A stretch of 39,578 bases of DNA, taken from the sequence record NC_019715.1; one strand, written 5' to 3'. Positions 1 to 8,384 of this stretch are shown one piece after another. A program made the position numbers and the translations under genes. Positions within the stretch are counted from its first letter, which is position 1. The number at the start of each line of letters is the position of its first letter. The DNA comes from Escherichia phage mEp234. The notes beneath the pieces were generated by a model. That model saw only the letters and a program-made list of their open reading frames with translations, did no database searches and was not told where the DNA came from.

Positions 1-486
1 ATGGCAGATAAACGAATCCGTTCCGACAGTTCGGCGGCAGCGGTTCAGGCCATGAAAAATGCAGCTGTGGACACCATCGATCCGCCGTCCCATGCAGGTT
101 TGGAGAAAAAAGCCGAACCATTCTGGCATGACAATATCAGATCGAAAGCTCTGGACAGCTGGACGCCTGCCGACCTTCTAGCCGCCGTAGAACTTGCTAA
201 TAATCAGCTCTATATCACCGTTTTACGCAAGGATTTACGCAAAGAAGAGCGCATACGCGGGGAGGAGCGAGACGAAGGCCTTATAAAAGACCTCCGCAAG
301 CAAATTGTTGAGCTACAACGAACTATCCTGGCTCAGCGCCGCGACCTCCAGATCCACTCCCACGCAACCAACGGCGAAAGTCGCGACCAGAAGAAACGTA
401 ATCAGAACGATCGTGATGCACGGAATACCAAAAACGAGCATCAGGACCAGGACGATAACCTGATCGCCTTTCCCAAGCACGGATAA
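1..486 (+). CDS. terminase small subunit (P27-like)
   Basis: ATG at 1, 161 aa, immediately upstream of terminase large subunit; charged C-terminus. Its SD (AAGGTG 39565-39570) lies at the end of the window, 8 nt before position 1 if the sequence is circular. Confidence 0.65.
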   Translation: MADKRIRSDSSAAAVQAMKNAAVDTIDPPSHAGLEKKAEPFWHDNIRSKALDSWTPADLLAAVELANNQLYITVLRKDLRKEERIRGEERDEGLIKDLRKQIVELQRTILAQRRDLQIHSHATNGESRDQKKRNQNDRDARNTKNEHQDQDDNLIAFPKHG

Positions 487-492
487 AAGACT

Positions 493-2007
493 ATGACGCG
501 AGGTGAGCGTGTAATAGCGTTCATTGAGCGCTTTTGCATCGTGCCAGAAGGCAAGCTTATCGGCCAACCTATGCGGTTGGACCCCTTTCAGAAAGATTTC
601 ATCCTGGCGGTTTACGACAATCCAGCCGGAACGGATATGGCGATCCTCTCCATCGCCCGAAAAAATGGTAAGACTGGCCTGATTGCCGGAATTCTGCTGG
701 CTCACCTGGTGGGGCCTGAAGCGGTGCAGAACACGCAGATTGTCAGCGGTGCACTCAGCCGGGAACAGGCGGCCATCGTTTTTAACCTCGCGGTGAAGAT
801 GGTTAACCTGAACCCCAAGCTGCAGGAGATTGTGCACATTACGCCCAGCGGCAAAAAGCTGATCGGCCTGCCGTGTAACGTCGAATACAAGGCTTTATCC
901 GCAGAAGGTAAGACGACGCACGGCCTTTCCCCCATTCTGGCCATTCTCGATGAAACAGGGCAGGTTAGGGGCCCGCAGGATGATTTTATCGATGCAATAA
1001 CTACGGCGCAGGGGGCTCATGAAAACCCGCTGCTAATCGTTATCAGTACGCAGGCAGCAAACGATGCTGACCTGCTTAGCATCTGGATTGATGATGCGGT
1101 CAAATCGAAAGATCCGCACATCGTGTGCCACGTTTATGAAGCGCCAAAAGACGCTGATATCAGTAAACGCGAGTCCTGGCTGGCTGCGAACCCGGCACTG
1201 GGAACATTCAGGTCAGAAAAAGACATGGCGCGCCAGGCTGAGAAAGCTGGCCGAATGCCAAGCTTCGAAAACACCTTCCGAAACCTCAACCTCAATCAGC
1301 GCGTGTCTACCGTATCGCCGTTTATCTCCCGCAGCGTGTGGGAGCTTTGCGGAGAGATGCCGATTAACACCCCGAGGAAGTGGTACGCGGGGCTGGATCT
1401 GTCAGCCAGGAACGACTTAACGGCGCTGGTTATCGCTGGTGAAGCAGATGATGGTGTCTGGGATGTTTTCCCCTTCTTCTGGACACCGCAAAAGACTCTT
1501 GAAGAGCGAACCAAAACGGACCGAGCACCCTATGACGTTTGGGTGAGGGAGGGGCTGCTGCGCACCACGCCAGGAGCTTCGGTGGATTACTCATTCGTCG
1601 TTGCGGATATCGCTGAAATTATCGGTGATTTCGACCTTACCTCGATGGCTTTTGACCGCTGGCGCATTGACCAGTTCAGGAAGGATGCCGATGCCATTGG
1701 GCTGAGCCTCCCGCTGGTCGAGTTCGGCCAGGGCTTTAAGGATATGGGGCCAGCTGTAGACACGCTGGAGTCTCTGATGCTTAACGGGCGCGTGAGGCAT
1801 GGCATGCACCCCGTATTAACGATGTGTGCTGTGAATGCGGTGGTGGTGAAAGATGCTGCTGGCAACCGCAAGCTCGATAAATCCAAAGCAACGGGCCGTA
1901 TTGATGGCATGGTCGCAATGACAATGTCCGTTGGTGCTGCTAATGGGGAAGTTACCGAACAGGGTGGTGACTTCGACGACTTCATTTTCCGACCGCTGAG
2001 CATGTGA
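493..2007 (+). CDS. terminase large subunit (HK97-type)
   Basis: 504 aa ORF, ATG 493; Walker-B-like ILAILDETGQ; position between small terminase and portal; size matches HK97-type TerL. Confidence 0.85.
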   Translation: MTRGERVIAFIERFCIVPEGKLIGQPMRLDPFQKDFILAVYDNPAGTDMAILSIARKNGKTGLIAGILLAHLVGPEAVQNTQIVSGALSREQAAIVFNLAVKMVNLNPKLQEIVHITPSGKKLIGLPCNVEYKALSAEGKTTHGLSPILAILDETGQVRGPQDDFIDAITTAQGAHENPLLIVISTQAANDADLLSIWIDDAVKSKDPHIVCHVYEAPKDADISKRESWLAANPALGTFRSEKDMARQAEKAGRMPSFENTFRNLNLNQRVSTVSPFISRSVWELCGEMPINTPRKWYAGLDLSARNDLTALVIAGEADDGVWDVFPFFWTPQKTLEERTKTDRAPYDVWVREGLLRTTPGASVDYSFVVADIAEIIGDFDLTSMAFDRWRIDQFRKDADAIGLSLPLVEFGQGFKDMGPAVDTLESLMLNGRVRHGMHPVLTMCAVNAVVVKDAAGNRKLDKSKATGRIDGMVAMTMSVGAANGEVTEQGGDFDDFIFRPLSM

Positions 2008-3281
2008 TGGAAGAACCTAAATACACGATTGACCTGCGAACCAATAACGGCTGGTGGGCAAGGCTGCAGTCCTGGTTTGTCGGCGGGCGTTTAGTCACCC
2101 CAAATCAGGGCTCACAGACGGGGCCTGTTTCGGCCCACGGACACCTGGGCGATTCATCCATTAACGATGAACGGATACTGCAAATTTCGACTGTGTGGCG
2201 CTGCGTGAGCCTGATTTCAACGCTCACGGCATGCTTACCGCTTGATGTCTTCGAAACAGACCAGAATGACAACCGTAAAAAAGTGGATTTGAGCAATCCA
2301 CTGGCGCGACTGCTGCGCTACTCACCGAATCAGTACATGACCGCCCAAGAATTCAGGGAGGCCATGACGATGCAGCTCTGTTTCTACGGTAACGCATATG
2401 CACTTGTGGACCGCAACAGCGCAGGTGACGTGATCAGCCTTCTCCCGCTTCAGTCTGCCAATATGGATGTGAAGCTCGTCGGAAAAAAAGTGGTTTATCG
2501 CTATCAACGCGACAGCGAATACGCCGACTTTTCGCAGAAAGAGATTTTTCACCTTAAAGGCTTCGGATTCACCGGGCTTGTAGGCCTGTCACCCATTGCT
2601 TTTGCCTGTAAATCGGCAGGTGTGGCAGTTGCGATGGAGGACCAGCAGCGAGATTTCTTTGCCAACGGCGCCAAGTCTCCGCAAATCCTCTCAACTGGCG
2701 AAAAAGTGCTAACTGAACAGCAGCGCTCCCAGGTCGAAGAGAACTTCAAAGAGATCGCCGGCGGCCCGGTAAAAAAACGCCTCTGGATTCTGGAAGCGGG
2801 TTTTTCTACATCGGCAATTGGCGTAACTCCGCAGGATGCCGAAATGATGGCGTCCCGAAAATTTCAGGTAAGTGAACTGGCGCGATTCTTTGGCGTACCG
2901 CCTCACCTTGTCGGCGACGTCGAGAAATCAACGAGCTGGGGATCGGGCATCGAGCAGCAGAATCTCGGCTTCCTGCAGTACACCCTGCAGCCCTATATCT
3001 CCAGGTGGGAAAACAGCATTCAGCGGTGGCTTATTCCTGCTAAGGATGTTGGCCGCATTCATGCTGAGCACAACCTCGACGGCCTGCTGAGGGGCGATTC
3101 GGCATCCCGCGCTGCCTTTATGAAGGCAATGGGAGAGGCAGGGCTACGCACCATCAACGAGATGCGACGAACGGACAACCTCCCGCCATTGCCGGGTGGC
3201 GATGTGGCAATGCGCCAGTCGCAATACGTGCCGATCACCGATTTAGGAACCAACAAAGAGCCCCGTAATAACGGGGCTTAA
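2007..3281 (+). CDS. portal protein (HK97 family)
   Basis: 424 aa from ATG 2007, which overlaps the TerL stop (TGATG); track ORF starts at GTG 2004. Position after TerL. Confidence 0.85.
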   Translation: MEEPKYTIDLRTNNGWWARLQSWFVGGRLVTPNQGSQTGPVSAHGHLGDSSINDERILQISTVWRCVSLISTLTACLPLDVFETDQNDNRKKVDLSNPLARLLRYSPNQYMTAQEFREAMTMQLCFYGNAYALVDRNSAGDVISLLPLQSANMDVKLVGKKVVYRYQRDSEYADFSQKEIFHLKGFGFTGLVGLSPIAFACKSAGVAVAMEDQQRDFFANGAKSPQILSTGEKVLTEQQRSQVEENFKEIAGGPVKKRLWILEAGFSTSAIGVTPQDAEMMASRKFQVSELARFFGVPPHLVGDVEKSTSWGSGIEQQNLGFLQYTLQPYISRWENSIQRWLIPAKDVGRIHAEHNLDGLLRGDSASRAAFMKAMGEAGLRTINEMRRTDNLPPLPGGDVAMRQSQYVPITDLGTNKEPRNNGA

Positions 3282-3286
3282 TTTTT
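3259..3286 (+). terminator. stem-loop plus U-tract at portal 3' end (terminator-like)
   Basis: AGCCCCGT-AATA-ACGGGGCT 8-bp stem overlapping the portal stop, followed by TTTTT then ATGGGGG. Confidence 0.4.
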
Positions 3287-3298
3287 ATGGGGGCCGTA

Positions 3299-3976
3299 AT
3301 GCCTGAAATCGTAAAAACGCTGTCCTTCGACGAGACAGAAATCAAATTCACCGGTGACGGTAAACAGGGGATTTTTGAAGGCTACGCCTCTGTTTTTAAT
3401 AACACCGATTCCGATGGCGACATCATTCTGCCCGGGGCGTTTAAAAACGCGCTGGCGAACCAGACCCGAAAAGTGGCGATGTTTTTTAACCACAGGACGT
3501 GGGAACTGCCGGTTGGCAAATGGGACAGCCTGGCTGAGGACGAAAAAGGCCTGTATGTGCGCGGTCAACTTACCCCAGGACACAGCGGCGCCGCTGACCT
3601 AAAAGCGGCAATGCAGCACGGTACGGTTGAAGGTATGTCGGTTGGCTTTTCCGTTGCGAAAGACGATTACACCATCATTCCAACAGGCCGCATTTTTAAG
3701 AATATCCAGGCTCTGCGCGAAATCAGCGTCTGCACTTTCCCCGCCAACGAACAGGCTGGCATCGCAGCCATGAAAAGTGTCGATGGCATTGAAACGATTC
3801 GTGATGTGGAGAACTGGCTGAGGGATTCAGTCGGCCTCACCAAATCACAGGCAGTTGGGCTAATTGCCCGGTTTAAGTCAGCGATTCGGAGCGAGTCCGA
3901 GGGCGACGGAAACGAAGCACAAATAAACGCTCTGCTTCAGAGCATCAAATCTTTCCCTTCTAACTTAGGTAAATAA
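3299..3976 (+). CDS. prohead maturation protease (HK97 gp4-like)
   Basis: ORF 3287-3976; likely start ATG 3299 (MPEIVKT) 5 nt after a GGGGG run; between portal and capsid gene. Confidence 0.8.
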   Translation: MPEIVKTLSFDETEIKFTGDGKQGIFEGYASVFNNTDSDGDIILPGAFKNALANQTRKVAMFFNHRTWELPVGKWDSLAEDEKGLYVRGQLTPGHSGAADLKAAMQHGTVEGMSVGFSVAKDDYTIIPTGRIFKNIQALREISVCTFPANEQAGIAAMKSVDGIETIRDVENWLRDSVGLTKSQAVGLIARFKSAIRSESEGDGNEAQINALLQSIKSFPSNLGK

Positions 3977-3978
3977 TT

Positions 3979-5133
3979 ATGTCTGAACTCGCTCTCATTC
4001 AAAAAGCTATCGAAGAATCCCAGCAGAAAATGACCCAGCTTTTCGATGCGCAGAAAGCAGAAATCGAAAGCACAGGCCAGGTTTCCAAACAGTTGCAGTC
4101 CGACCTGATGAAAGTACAGGAAGAGCTGACCAAATCCGGCGCTCGCCTCTTCGATCTGGAACAGAAACTGGCATCCGGCGCTGAGAATCCTGGTGAGAAG
4201 AAATCCTTCTCTGAACGGGCTGCTGAAGAGCTTATTAAGTCATGGGACGGTAAACAGGGCACCTTTGGCGCTAAAACGTTTAACAAGTCACTAGGCAGTG
4301 ACGCTGATTCGGCTGGCTCACTGATCCAGCCTATGCAGATCCCAGGCATCATCATGCCAGGCCTGCGCCGTCTTACCATTCGTGATCTGCTGGCTCAGGG
4401 CCGCACTTCCAGTAACGCTCTGGAATATGTGCGTGAAGAGGTGTTTACCAATAACGCCGACGTGGTGGCAGAGAAAGCACTGAAGCCAGAATCGGATATC
4501 ACCTTCAGCAAACAAACCGCGAACGTGAAGACCATCGCGCACTGGGTGCAGGCATCACGTCAGGTGATGGATGATGCGCCAATGCTTCAGTCCTACATTA
4601 ACAACCGCCTCATGTACGGCCTGGCACTGAAGGAAGAGGGCCAGCTGCTGAACGGCGACGGTACCGGGGATAACCTGGAAGGGCTGAACAAAGTGGCAAC
4701 CGCCTATGACACCTCGCTGAATGCCACCGGCGACACCCGCGCTGACATTATCGCTCACGCTATTTATCAGGTGACCGAGTCTGAGTTCAGCGCTTCCGGT
4801 ATCGTCCTGAACCCGCGCGACTGGCACAACATCGCGTTGCTGAAAGACAATGAAGGCCGCTATATCTTCGGTGGTCCTCAGGCATTCACCAGTAACATCA
4901 TGTGGGGCTTGCCAGTGGTTCCGACTAAGGCGCAGGCCGCCGGCACCTTTACCGTAGGCGGTTTCGATATGGCCTCACAGGTCTGGGATCGCATGGATGC
5001 CACCGTGGAAGTTAGCCGTGAAGACCGCGATAACTTCGTGAAAAACATGCTGACCATCCTGTGCGAAGAGCGTCTGGCGCTGGCGCATTATCGCCCGACA
5101 GCAATCATCAAGGGCACCTTCTCTGCTGACTAA
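3979..5133 (+). CDS. major capsid protein (HK97 gp5-like, with N-terminal delta/scaffold domain)
   Basis: 384 aa; N-terminal coiled-coil MSELALIQKAIEESQQKMTQLFDAQKAEIE recalled as the HK97 gp5 delta domain; mature-domain motifs; strong terminator follows. Confidence 0.9.
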   Translation: MSELALIQKAIEESQQKMTQLFDAQKAEIESTGQVSKQLQSDLMKVQEELTKSGARLFDLEQKLASGAENPGEKKSFSERAAEELIKSWDGKQGTFGAKTFNKSLGSDADSAGSLIQPMQIPGIIMPGLRRLTIRDLLAQGRTSSNALEYVREEVFTNNADVVAEKALKPESDITFSKQTANVKTIAHWVQASRQVMDDAPMLQSYINNRLMYGLALKEEGQLLNGDGTGDNLEGLNKVATAYDTSLNATGDTRADIIAHAIYQVTESEFSASGIVLNPRDWHNIALLKDNEGRYIFGGPQAFTSNIMWGLPVVPTKAQAAGTFTVGGFDMASQVWDRMDATVEVSREDRDNFVKNMLTILCEERLALAHYRPTAIIKGTFSAD

Positions 5134-5142
5134 TGATGGAGG

Positions 5143-5166
5143 GGGCGGGGAAACCCGCCCTTTTAA
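5143..5166 (+). terminator. Rho-independent terminator after capsid gene
   Basis: GGGCGGG-GAAA-CCCGCCC (GNRA loop) followed by TTTT, 10 nt after the MCP stop. Confidence 0.6.
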
Positions 5167-5169
5167 CGT

Positions 5170-5496
5170 ATGGCGATAGATGTTCTGGATGTAATTCCCC
5201 TCAGTCTGTTTAAGCAGCAGATTGAGTTTGAGGAAGACGACAGGGACGAGCTGATCACGCTGTACGCCCAGGCCGCTTTTGACTACTGCATGCGCTGGTG
5301 CGATGAACCAGCATGGAAGGTTGCGGCTGATATTCCTGCCGCCGTTAAGGGCGCCGTTCTGCTTGTCTTTGCTGACATGTTTGAACACCGGACGGCACAA
5401 AGTGAAGTGCAGCTTTATGAGAATGCAGCCGCCGAACGCATGATGTTCATTCATCGCAACTGGCGCGGTAAAGCCGAATCAGAGGAGGGCTCCTGA
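5170..5496 (+). CDS. head-tail connector protein (gp6-like)
   Basis: 108 aa, first gene after capsid; synteny with HK97-type head-tail joining genes. Confidence 0.55.
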   Translation: MAIDVLDVIPLSLFKQQIEFEEDDRDELITLYAQAAFDYCMRWCDEPAWKVAADIPAAVKGAVLLVFADMFEHRTAQSEVQLYENAAAERMMFIHRNWRGKAESEEGS

Positions 5497-5834
5497 TGGA
5501 ACCGGGACGATTCAGGCACCGGGTAAAAATTCTCACCTTCACAACCTCGCGTGATCCATCTGGCCAGCCGGTTGAATCGTGGAGGGGTGGCAGGCCGATT
5601 TCTGCCGAGGTGAAGGGGATCAGCGGCAGAGAGCAGATGTCAGGCGGCGTGGAGACGGCGCAGGCAACTATTCGCGTCTGGATGCGCTTCAGGGCTGACC
5701 TGAACGCCTCTTCTCGTCTGGAAGTGCTAAGCGGGCCGTATAAAGGCCAGGTGCTAAATATCATCGGTCCTCCGGTAGCAAATTCGACCGGCACTCGCCT
5801 GGAAATTCTTTGCAAAACGGGAGCTGAAAAATGA
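5496..5834 (+). CDS. head closure / head-tail adaptor protein
   Basis: 112 aa, start overlaps upstream stop; synteny. Confidence 0.55.
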   Translation: MEPGRFRHRVKILTFTTSRDPSGQPVESWRGGRPISAEVKGISGREQMSGGVETAQATIRVWMRFRADLNASSRLEVLSGPYKGQVLNIIGPPVANSTGTRLEILCKTGAEK

Positions 5835-6280
5835 TAGAAACGAGCCTCGATTTTTCCGGCCTGAATGACATAGCAAAGGATCTGGAGGCGCTTAGCCGCG
5901 CTGAAAACAATAAGGTTCTTCGTGATGCCACGCGCGCCGGCGCGGAAGTGCTTAAGGAAGAAGTGATCGCACGTGCACCGGTACGCACCGGAAAACTGAA
6001 AAAAAACGTGGTGGTGGTTACCCAAAAAAGCCGCCGCCGCGGGGAGATTTCTTCCGGCGTCCATATTCGTGGCGTTAACCCGCGCACCGGCAACAGCGAT
6101 AACACGATGAAGGCGAATAACCCGAGAAACGCCTTTTACTGGCGATTCGTTGAGCTGGGCACCGCGAACATGCCTGCACATCCGTTTGTGCGACCCGCTT
6201 ACGATACGCGCGAGGAAGAGGCCGCCAGCGTCGCCATTGCCAGGATGAATCATGCTATTGATGAGGTATTGAGCAAGTGA
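5831..6280 (+). CDS. tail component (HK97 gp10-like family)
   Basis: 149 aa, overlapping start/stop with neighbours; position before tail terminator and major tail gene. Confidence 0.5.
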   Translation: MIETSLDFSGLNDIAKDLEALSRAENNKVLRDATRAGAEVLKEEVIARAPVRTGKLKKNVVVVTQKSRRRGEISSGVHIRGVNPRTGNSDNTMKANNPRNAFYWRFVELGTANMPAHPFVRPAYDTREEEAASVAIARMNHAIDEVLSK

Positions 6281-6624
6281 ATGAAGATAATATCTACGCC
6301 TTGCTTTCTCCCCTGGCAGAGGGGCGGGTATACCCCTATGTTGCGCCATTAGGTAGTGACGGGAAACCGTCTGTCTCTCCACCCTGGATTATCTTTTCCA
6401 TCGTCGATGATGTTTCCGCTGACGTACTGTGTGGCCAGGCAGAGAGCAGGGTTTCCGTTCAGGTCGATGTGTATGCCACAACGATCACTGAATCACGATC
6501 CCTGAGAGATTTGGCGCTCGCTTCGCTTAAGCAGTTAAACCCTACAGAGGTGGTAAAAATCCCCGGGTACGAGCCAGATTATCGGCTCTACCGTGCCACC
6601 CTGGATTTTAAAGTTACCCCCTGA
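6277..6624 (+). CDS. tail completion / tail terminator protein (gpU-position)
   Basis: 115 aa, last gene before major tail protein. Confidence 0.5.
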   Translation: MNEDNIYALLSPLAEGRVYPYVAPLGSDGKPSVSPPWIIFSIVDDVSADVLCGQAESRVSVQVDVYATTITESRSLRDLALASLKQLNPTEVVKIPGYEPDYRLYRATLDFKVTP

Positions 6625-6642
6625 CGATTAATTCACCCAACG

Positions 6643-6670
6643 AACCCGCCTGATGGCGGGTTTTCTTTTT
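6643..6670 (+). terminator. stem-loop plus U-tract upstream of major tail gene
   Basis: CCCGCC-TGAT-GGCGGG followed by TTTTCTTTTT; SD GGAG and ATG 6684 follow. Confidence 0.45.
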
Positions 6671-6683
6671 CCAGGAGACAGCT

Positions 6684-7388
6684 ATGTCTGCACTTTATGA
6701 AAAATCGCAGCTGACGAAGATCCTTATTTCCTCCCTGCCAGCCACCAAAGAAACGATGGATTCCGCCACCTTTCTCGATCTGAGTTGCACCATCAAAGAA
6801 ATTCAGTTCACTGGTGGCCAGAAGCAGGATATCGACGTAACAACACTTTGCTCTACCGAGCAGGAGAACATCAACGGCCTGCCTTCTCCGTCAGAAATCT
6901 CTCTGTCCGGCAACTTCTACAATAATCCAGCGCAGGACGCCTTGCGTGATGCGTATGACAACGACACCACTTACGGCTTCCAGATCATCTTCCCGTCAGG
7001 TAATGGTTTTAAGTTCCTGGCCGAAGTTCGCCAGCATACCTGGTCATCTGGTACCAATGGTGTTGTGGCAGCTACATTCTCACTGCGCCTTAAAGGCAAG
7101 CCTGTCCCGATTGACTCTGTACTTAAACTGACCACTGATCTTCCTTCCTCACTGTCTGTAGCGGTGGGGGCTGCGATCAGCATGGCTGTAGTAGCTGCCG
7201 GTGGTAAGCCTCCGTATGCCTACACCTGGAAGAAGGCAGGTAGCACCGTCAGCGGGCAGACATCCGATACCTTTAATAAAGCCACCGCAGTTTCAGGTGA
7301 TGCAGGTGATTACACCTGTGTGGTTACGGATTCTTCTTCTCCGGTCAAAACGGTTACCTCAGCTGCCTGCACCCTTACTATCAGTTAA
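6684..7388 (+). CDS. major tail protein with C-terminal Ig-like domain
   Basis: 234 aa; C-terminal ~80 aa (KPPYAYTWKKAGSTVSG...GDYTCVVTD) looks like a Big_2/Ig-like domain as on lambda gpV; precedes G/T chaperone genes. Confidence 0.8.
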   Translation: MSALYEKSQLTKILISSLPATKETMDSATFLDLSCTIKEIQFTGGQKQDIDVTTLCSTEQENINGLPSPSEISLSGNFYNNPAQDALRDAYDNDTTYGFQIIFPSGNGFKFLAEVRQHTWSSGTNGVVAATFSLRLKGKPVPIDSVLKLTTDLPSSLSVAVGAAISMAVVAAGGKPPYAYTWKKAGSTVSGQTSDTFNKATAVSGDAGDYTCVVTDSSSPVKTVTSAACTLTIS

Positions 7389-7422
7389 TGGAGATGCCGG
7401 GTTGTCCCGGCATGGATAAGCG

Positions 7423-7809
7423 ATGTCGCAAACTTTAAAACAATTAGCCATGGCGAAAATGGCTGGCTTTCGCCATAAGACGGTCGTTGTCCCTGAGTGG
7501 GAAGGTGTCAAAGTGGTTCTCCGTGAGCCGTCAGGTGAAGCCTGGCTGCGCTGGCAGGAGGTGGTGAAAGGGGGGGCCGACGATGAAAATGTGTCGGTAT
7601 CGGAAAAGGCGCACCGTAATCTTTGCGCTGACGTGGTGCTCTTCATTGACGTTCTGTGTGACACCGATAAGCAACCGGTATTCAGCGTAGACGAAGAAGA
7701 GCAGGTGCGTGAAATTTACGGGCCAGTGCACTCACGTCTGCTCAAACAGGCGCTTGACCTGATCAACAATGCGGACGAAGCGCGGGAAAAGTCTCAACCC
7801 CCGGCGTAA
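7423..7809 (+). CDS. tail assembly chaperone G
   Basis: 128 aa directly upstream of an overlapping out-of-frame ORF (T) and the tape measure gene; classic G/GT arrangement. Confidence 0.75.
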   Translation: MSQTLKQLAMAKMAGFRHKTVVVPEWEGVKVVLREPSGEAWLRWQEVVKGGADDENVSVSEKAHRNLCADVVLFIDVLCDTDKQPVFSVDEEEQVREIYGPVHSRLLKQALDLINNADEAREKSQPPA

Positions 7810-8096
7810 AGTTTCTGATGTCGCTTGCGCTCCGGATGGGGCGCACGCTCTCAGAGCTTCGGCAGAATATGACGGCAAGCGAGCTTCTGATGTGGATTGA
7901 GTACGACAGGCAAAGCCCGGTTGGCGATATTCGCGGTGATATCCATGCAGCGCAGATTGTCTCTGCCATCTACGGCTCGCAGGGGGCAAAAGTACCGCTG
8001 GACGATGCGATCCTGCGCTGGGGTGGTGATGAGCAATCAGAACCGAAGGACCCGTTTGCAGGGCTTGAGGCGGCACTTACAGCTGCGACACAATAA
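7758..8096 (+). CDS. tail assembly protein T segment (expressed as G-T fusion by programmed -1 frameshift)
   Basis: The -1 frame relative to G is open from 7758 to 8096; GGGAAAAG at 7784-7791 resembles the lambda G/T slippery site GGGAAAG. Confidence 0.6.
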   Translation, partial: PDQQCGRSAGKVSTPGVKFLMSLALRMGRTLSELRQNMTASELLMWIEYDRQSPVGDIRGDIHAAQIVSAIYGSQGAKVPLDDAILRWGGDEQSEPKDPFAGLEAALTAATQ

Positions 8097-8153
8097 TTGC
8101 TTCACATGCCTTCAATGTAGCGATACGCTCTTTCCTTAAGTAAAGGAGGCGTT

Positions 8154-8342
8154 ATGGAACCACTGGTAGTAGTGTTTGGAATATTCGGCTGGCTGATAAA
8201 TCTAATTGTGATTTTTTATTTATTACGGTTTAGCACAAGGGCAAATGAACAAGTTGAAGCCCTTAAAGAGATAAATAAAAAGCAAGATGCGCAAATAGAT
8301 TTATTAATACAAGTCGCTCACCAAAGAAAAGACAGTTTATAA
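8154..8342 (+). CDS. small single-pass membrane protein, HK97 gp15/YebO-like (candidate superinfection exclusion)
   Basis: 62 aa; strong SD AAGGAGG; N-terminal TM helix then RFSTRANEQVEALKEI; AT-rich; located between T and tape measure, the position of HK97 gp15. Confidence 0.55.
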   Translation: MEPLVVVFGIFGWLINLIVIFYLLRFSTRANEQVEALKEINKKQDAQIDLLIQVAHQRKDSL

Positions 8343-8348
8343 CTCACG

Positions 8349-8372
8349 ACCCGCTATCAAGCGGGTTTTTTT
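8349..8372 (+). terminator. stem-loop plus U-tract after gp15-like gene
   Basis: ACCCGCT-ATCA-AGCGGGT then TTTTTTT, immediately followed by ATGGGTGAAAATATG. Confidence 0.5.
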
Positions 8373-8384
8373 ATGGGTGAAAAT

